Assembly: GCF_036971445.1 (NCBI RefSeq)
Contig: NC_091472.1
Coordinates: 203,484,001 to 203,548,000 of the forward strand
DNA length: 64,000 bases
Origin: Narcine bancroftii
Taxonomy: Eukaryota
Direction of reading: 5' to 3'
Numbering within the stretch: the first letter of the stretch is position 1; every line of letters starts with the position of its first letter. Under the pieces are notes generated by a model. It had not been told where the DNA came from. It did not search any database and was given only the letters and a program-made list of their open reading frames with translations. A program made the position numbers and the translations under genes. Shown in pieces: positions 61,609 through 64,000 of this stretch.

Positions 61609-63608
61609 TGTGAAAGTTAAAACCTTGTGTTTTTAGTTAATTTTGTGCCTGTCTCTTTAAGACAACTATTGTTTGTAGTGTTACCATAGTGACCATGATG
61701 TAATATCTTCCCAGACTAATGGCCTGAGTCTCATTCTACAAGATGGAAAGGAAGCATGAGCATGAAACTTTTTTCTTTAAGTTTTTGTATCTCTTTAAAT
61801 ATTGGGTATCTCTTTAAAAGCCTTTTATATCTCTATCTATCTTTTGTATCTCTATCACACAATAAATACTTTGTTATTTATTATTATGAAAGTCTTAATC
61901 TGAAGCTATACAAAATGTTTATCCATTTTATCAACAAATTAAAACTATATCAAGTAGCAGAGAAGAGTTTGATTTGTTGGATTAAAGAGATTACAGATCA
62001 CGATTTAGAAAATGATACTTTGAAATTAGGATATATTAGAATAAGGAAAGTGATGCTTATATTTTGATTCAAATTTTAAAAACTGTGAACTTTGTTTAGA
62101 AAAAGGCTCATAAAATTTGTCTAAAAGAATTAACATCTTGATTTAAAGCCAAGAGACATCCATGCTGTAGCAATAGAATATTCCAGAAGTGTTAAGAACC
62201 TGTCTGTGAATTGCCCAGTTTGAAATTGAGCCAAGGACTGGCCAGACACCTACAACATTAAAAAAAGATAAACCAGCTCTGGTAGCAGAATTGGCAGGAA
62301 TCCCATAACATTGAGATAAGAGAGCTTGTGTGCAGGATCACAGAGACAATTCAGCCAAGCAGCAATTCTATTAAAGGGACTAAGTAAGATATAAAATTCA
62401 TTTACAGTTTCCAGGAACCAGGAAAAGCCAGGGCAAAAGCCAGGTTGCTGTGTGAAGAACCCAAGGTGGATAAGAAGAAGTTTCATCATCTTCTCAAAGA
62501 ACTGTTTGATTGTGAGTTGAGCCAGCAAGGGAGACCTCCTGGATCAGGAGGTTGGAGCCAGTAGCCAAAGAAGAAGCAGCTTCAACTAGCAAGCAAGGCA
62601 CTGCAGGGTTCATTAGCTGACTTAAAAGTTAGTTCAACCAAGTGAAATGAGGAAGATAGAGACTCAGTCAGTGGTATCTGAAAGTTCAGGTGTGAATTCT
62701 GATGACAGTATTTCCAATGTTATAAGTGCAGGAAGATCTTCAAAGGCATCTAGAGCAAGTACAGCTTTGCGTGCTTCAAGCACATAATCTATGCATGCTA
62801 AGACTTAAGCAGACTTGGCTATTGTCTGTGCACAATAACAGTGGTTGGAGAAAAGAGGTTAGGGAGGTTCAAATGAGGAATCAGCAACTGAGGTTACAAA
62901 TGGGTAGTGAAGAACAAAAAAGATAATTGAACAGAGAAAAGTAAAGACTTTAGCTTGAAGAACAATGTGCTATAAACATGGCCAAAGTAAAAGCATTAGC
63001 TTAGGCTTCAGCAAGATCTATCACTCAAAGTGAAATACCCAAAGGGCTTGCACCTAACATTCCAGCAGATCAATGGGTACTGCAGCCAGAAGAAACAAGT
63101 ACACTTCAGCATGGAGCCACAGGTGGTGTTGCTCATGCTCGAATGTCAATGACCAATCCTGTTGAAAGGGCTAGCAACATTCAATCTCTTCTGAATGCAC
63201 AACTTATGAATCTTCCCGAAAGGAGGGTATTTCAACCAGGCACAAGCATGCGAGTTGATCATACTCAACCATTGATGTCTCTTTGTGTTGCTGGAGAACC
63301 AGGGGCATCAAGGATCTTCACCAATGCCATCACTTACATACCAAGGATCTCCATCATTGCCATTACTTACAAATCAAGGTCCTACACCTATGGCAACCAG
63401 TTCAAGGTCCATTTCCTCCATTCACCTCAAGATAATTAGTCGCAAGCCATGGTGAACAAGACAATATAATATCACTCATAGCAAAACAAAATGAAATTTC
63501 TGCTATGTTAGCGCAGCAACAAGGGTCATATGGTTTTTAAATGGCGATCCATTACAATATCTGACATTCATGAAATCCATTGAACATCACATTGAAAGTA
63601 ATACTGGC
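61609..63608 (+). mobile_element. BEL/Pao LTR retrotransposon 5' part (LTR plus decayed gag)
   Basis: TGT start and AATAAA. Coiled-coil gag remnant, then QNEISAMLAQQQ..F.GDPLQYLTFMKSIEHHIE (DUF1759-type). Confidence 0.7.
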
Positions 63609-63609
63609 A

Positions 63610-64000
63610 GGGGCGTGGCAAGATGACGTAAGGATCAGACGTGCCTTCCAGTCCTCTCCTGACTCTATCTTATTGTTTTGTCTAGAAATGCCCGTTAAAA
63701 TTCTTTAAAAGTTTAGATAATTTCAGTGCTGTTAATTTAACTTTTGATGGTACAATTGGTGGAAAAGAGCAAAAAAAAACGACAACAGATCATCAAAAAA
63801 CTACATTTTCCAAAAGTTCAAGTTTTGGAGCCTACCTACAGGAAAGACACCGGGACTCAGCGTGAAATGGATCCCAGGAGAGAGGTACAGTGTTCGGATG
63901 TAGAGCTCTATGTTACATCGGTAGAGCCCCCTAAAGAGGGCGCCAAACAGCCTTTAGAATAAAGAGTTACTCAAAGGCATTTGTCAACTGCAGAGGTGGC
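63610..64000 (+). mobile_element. 5' end of an L1-clade element (runs off the window)
   Basis: GGGGCGTGGCAAGATGACG start, like 20967, followed by an ORF1-like start. Confidence 0.7.

Overview
Vertebrate genomic DNA, almost certainly from a cartilaginous fish (inferred from the cluster-type, pre-joined immunoglobulin light-chain gene and the TE repertoire). Most of the window is decayed or nested transposable elements: CR1, L1-like, RTE, Gypsy of several clades, BEL, an ERV env/LTR remnant, solo LTRs, hAT MITEs and SINEs. The one intact host gene is a lambda-related Ig light chain on the minus strand. It has an octamer promoter at 48209, leader 48087-48039, an RSS-less germline-joined VJ exon 47944-47597 and a C exon 44503-44175, giving 241 aa. 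The ORF track misses a second, convergent IgL cluster on the plus strand that is a pseudogene: mutated octamer at 2464, leader 2577-2625, frameshifted joined VJ 2722-3038 and a probable, very decayed C exon at 12759. A signal-joint-like RSS relic lies upstream of it. Other notable items are a full-length Gypsy whose primer-binding site pairs with its own LTR (probable self-priming), an ORF2-less L1 derivative with an 18-bp TSD, two templated local insertions, young RTE copies, and a candidate antisense lncRNA or enhancer next to the pseudo-C. All calls were made by eye without alignment tools, and TE boundaries lacking TSDs are approximate.
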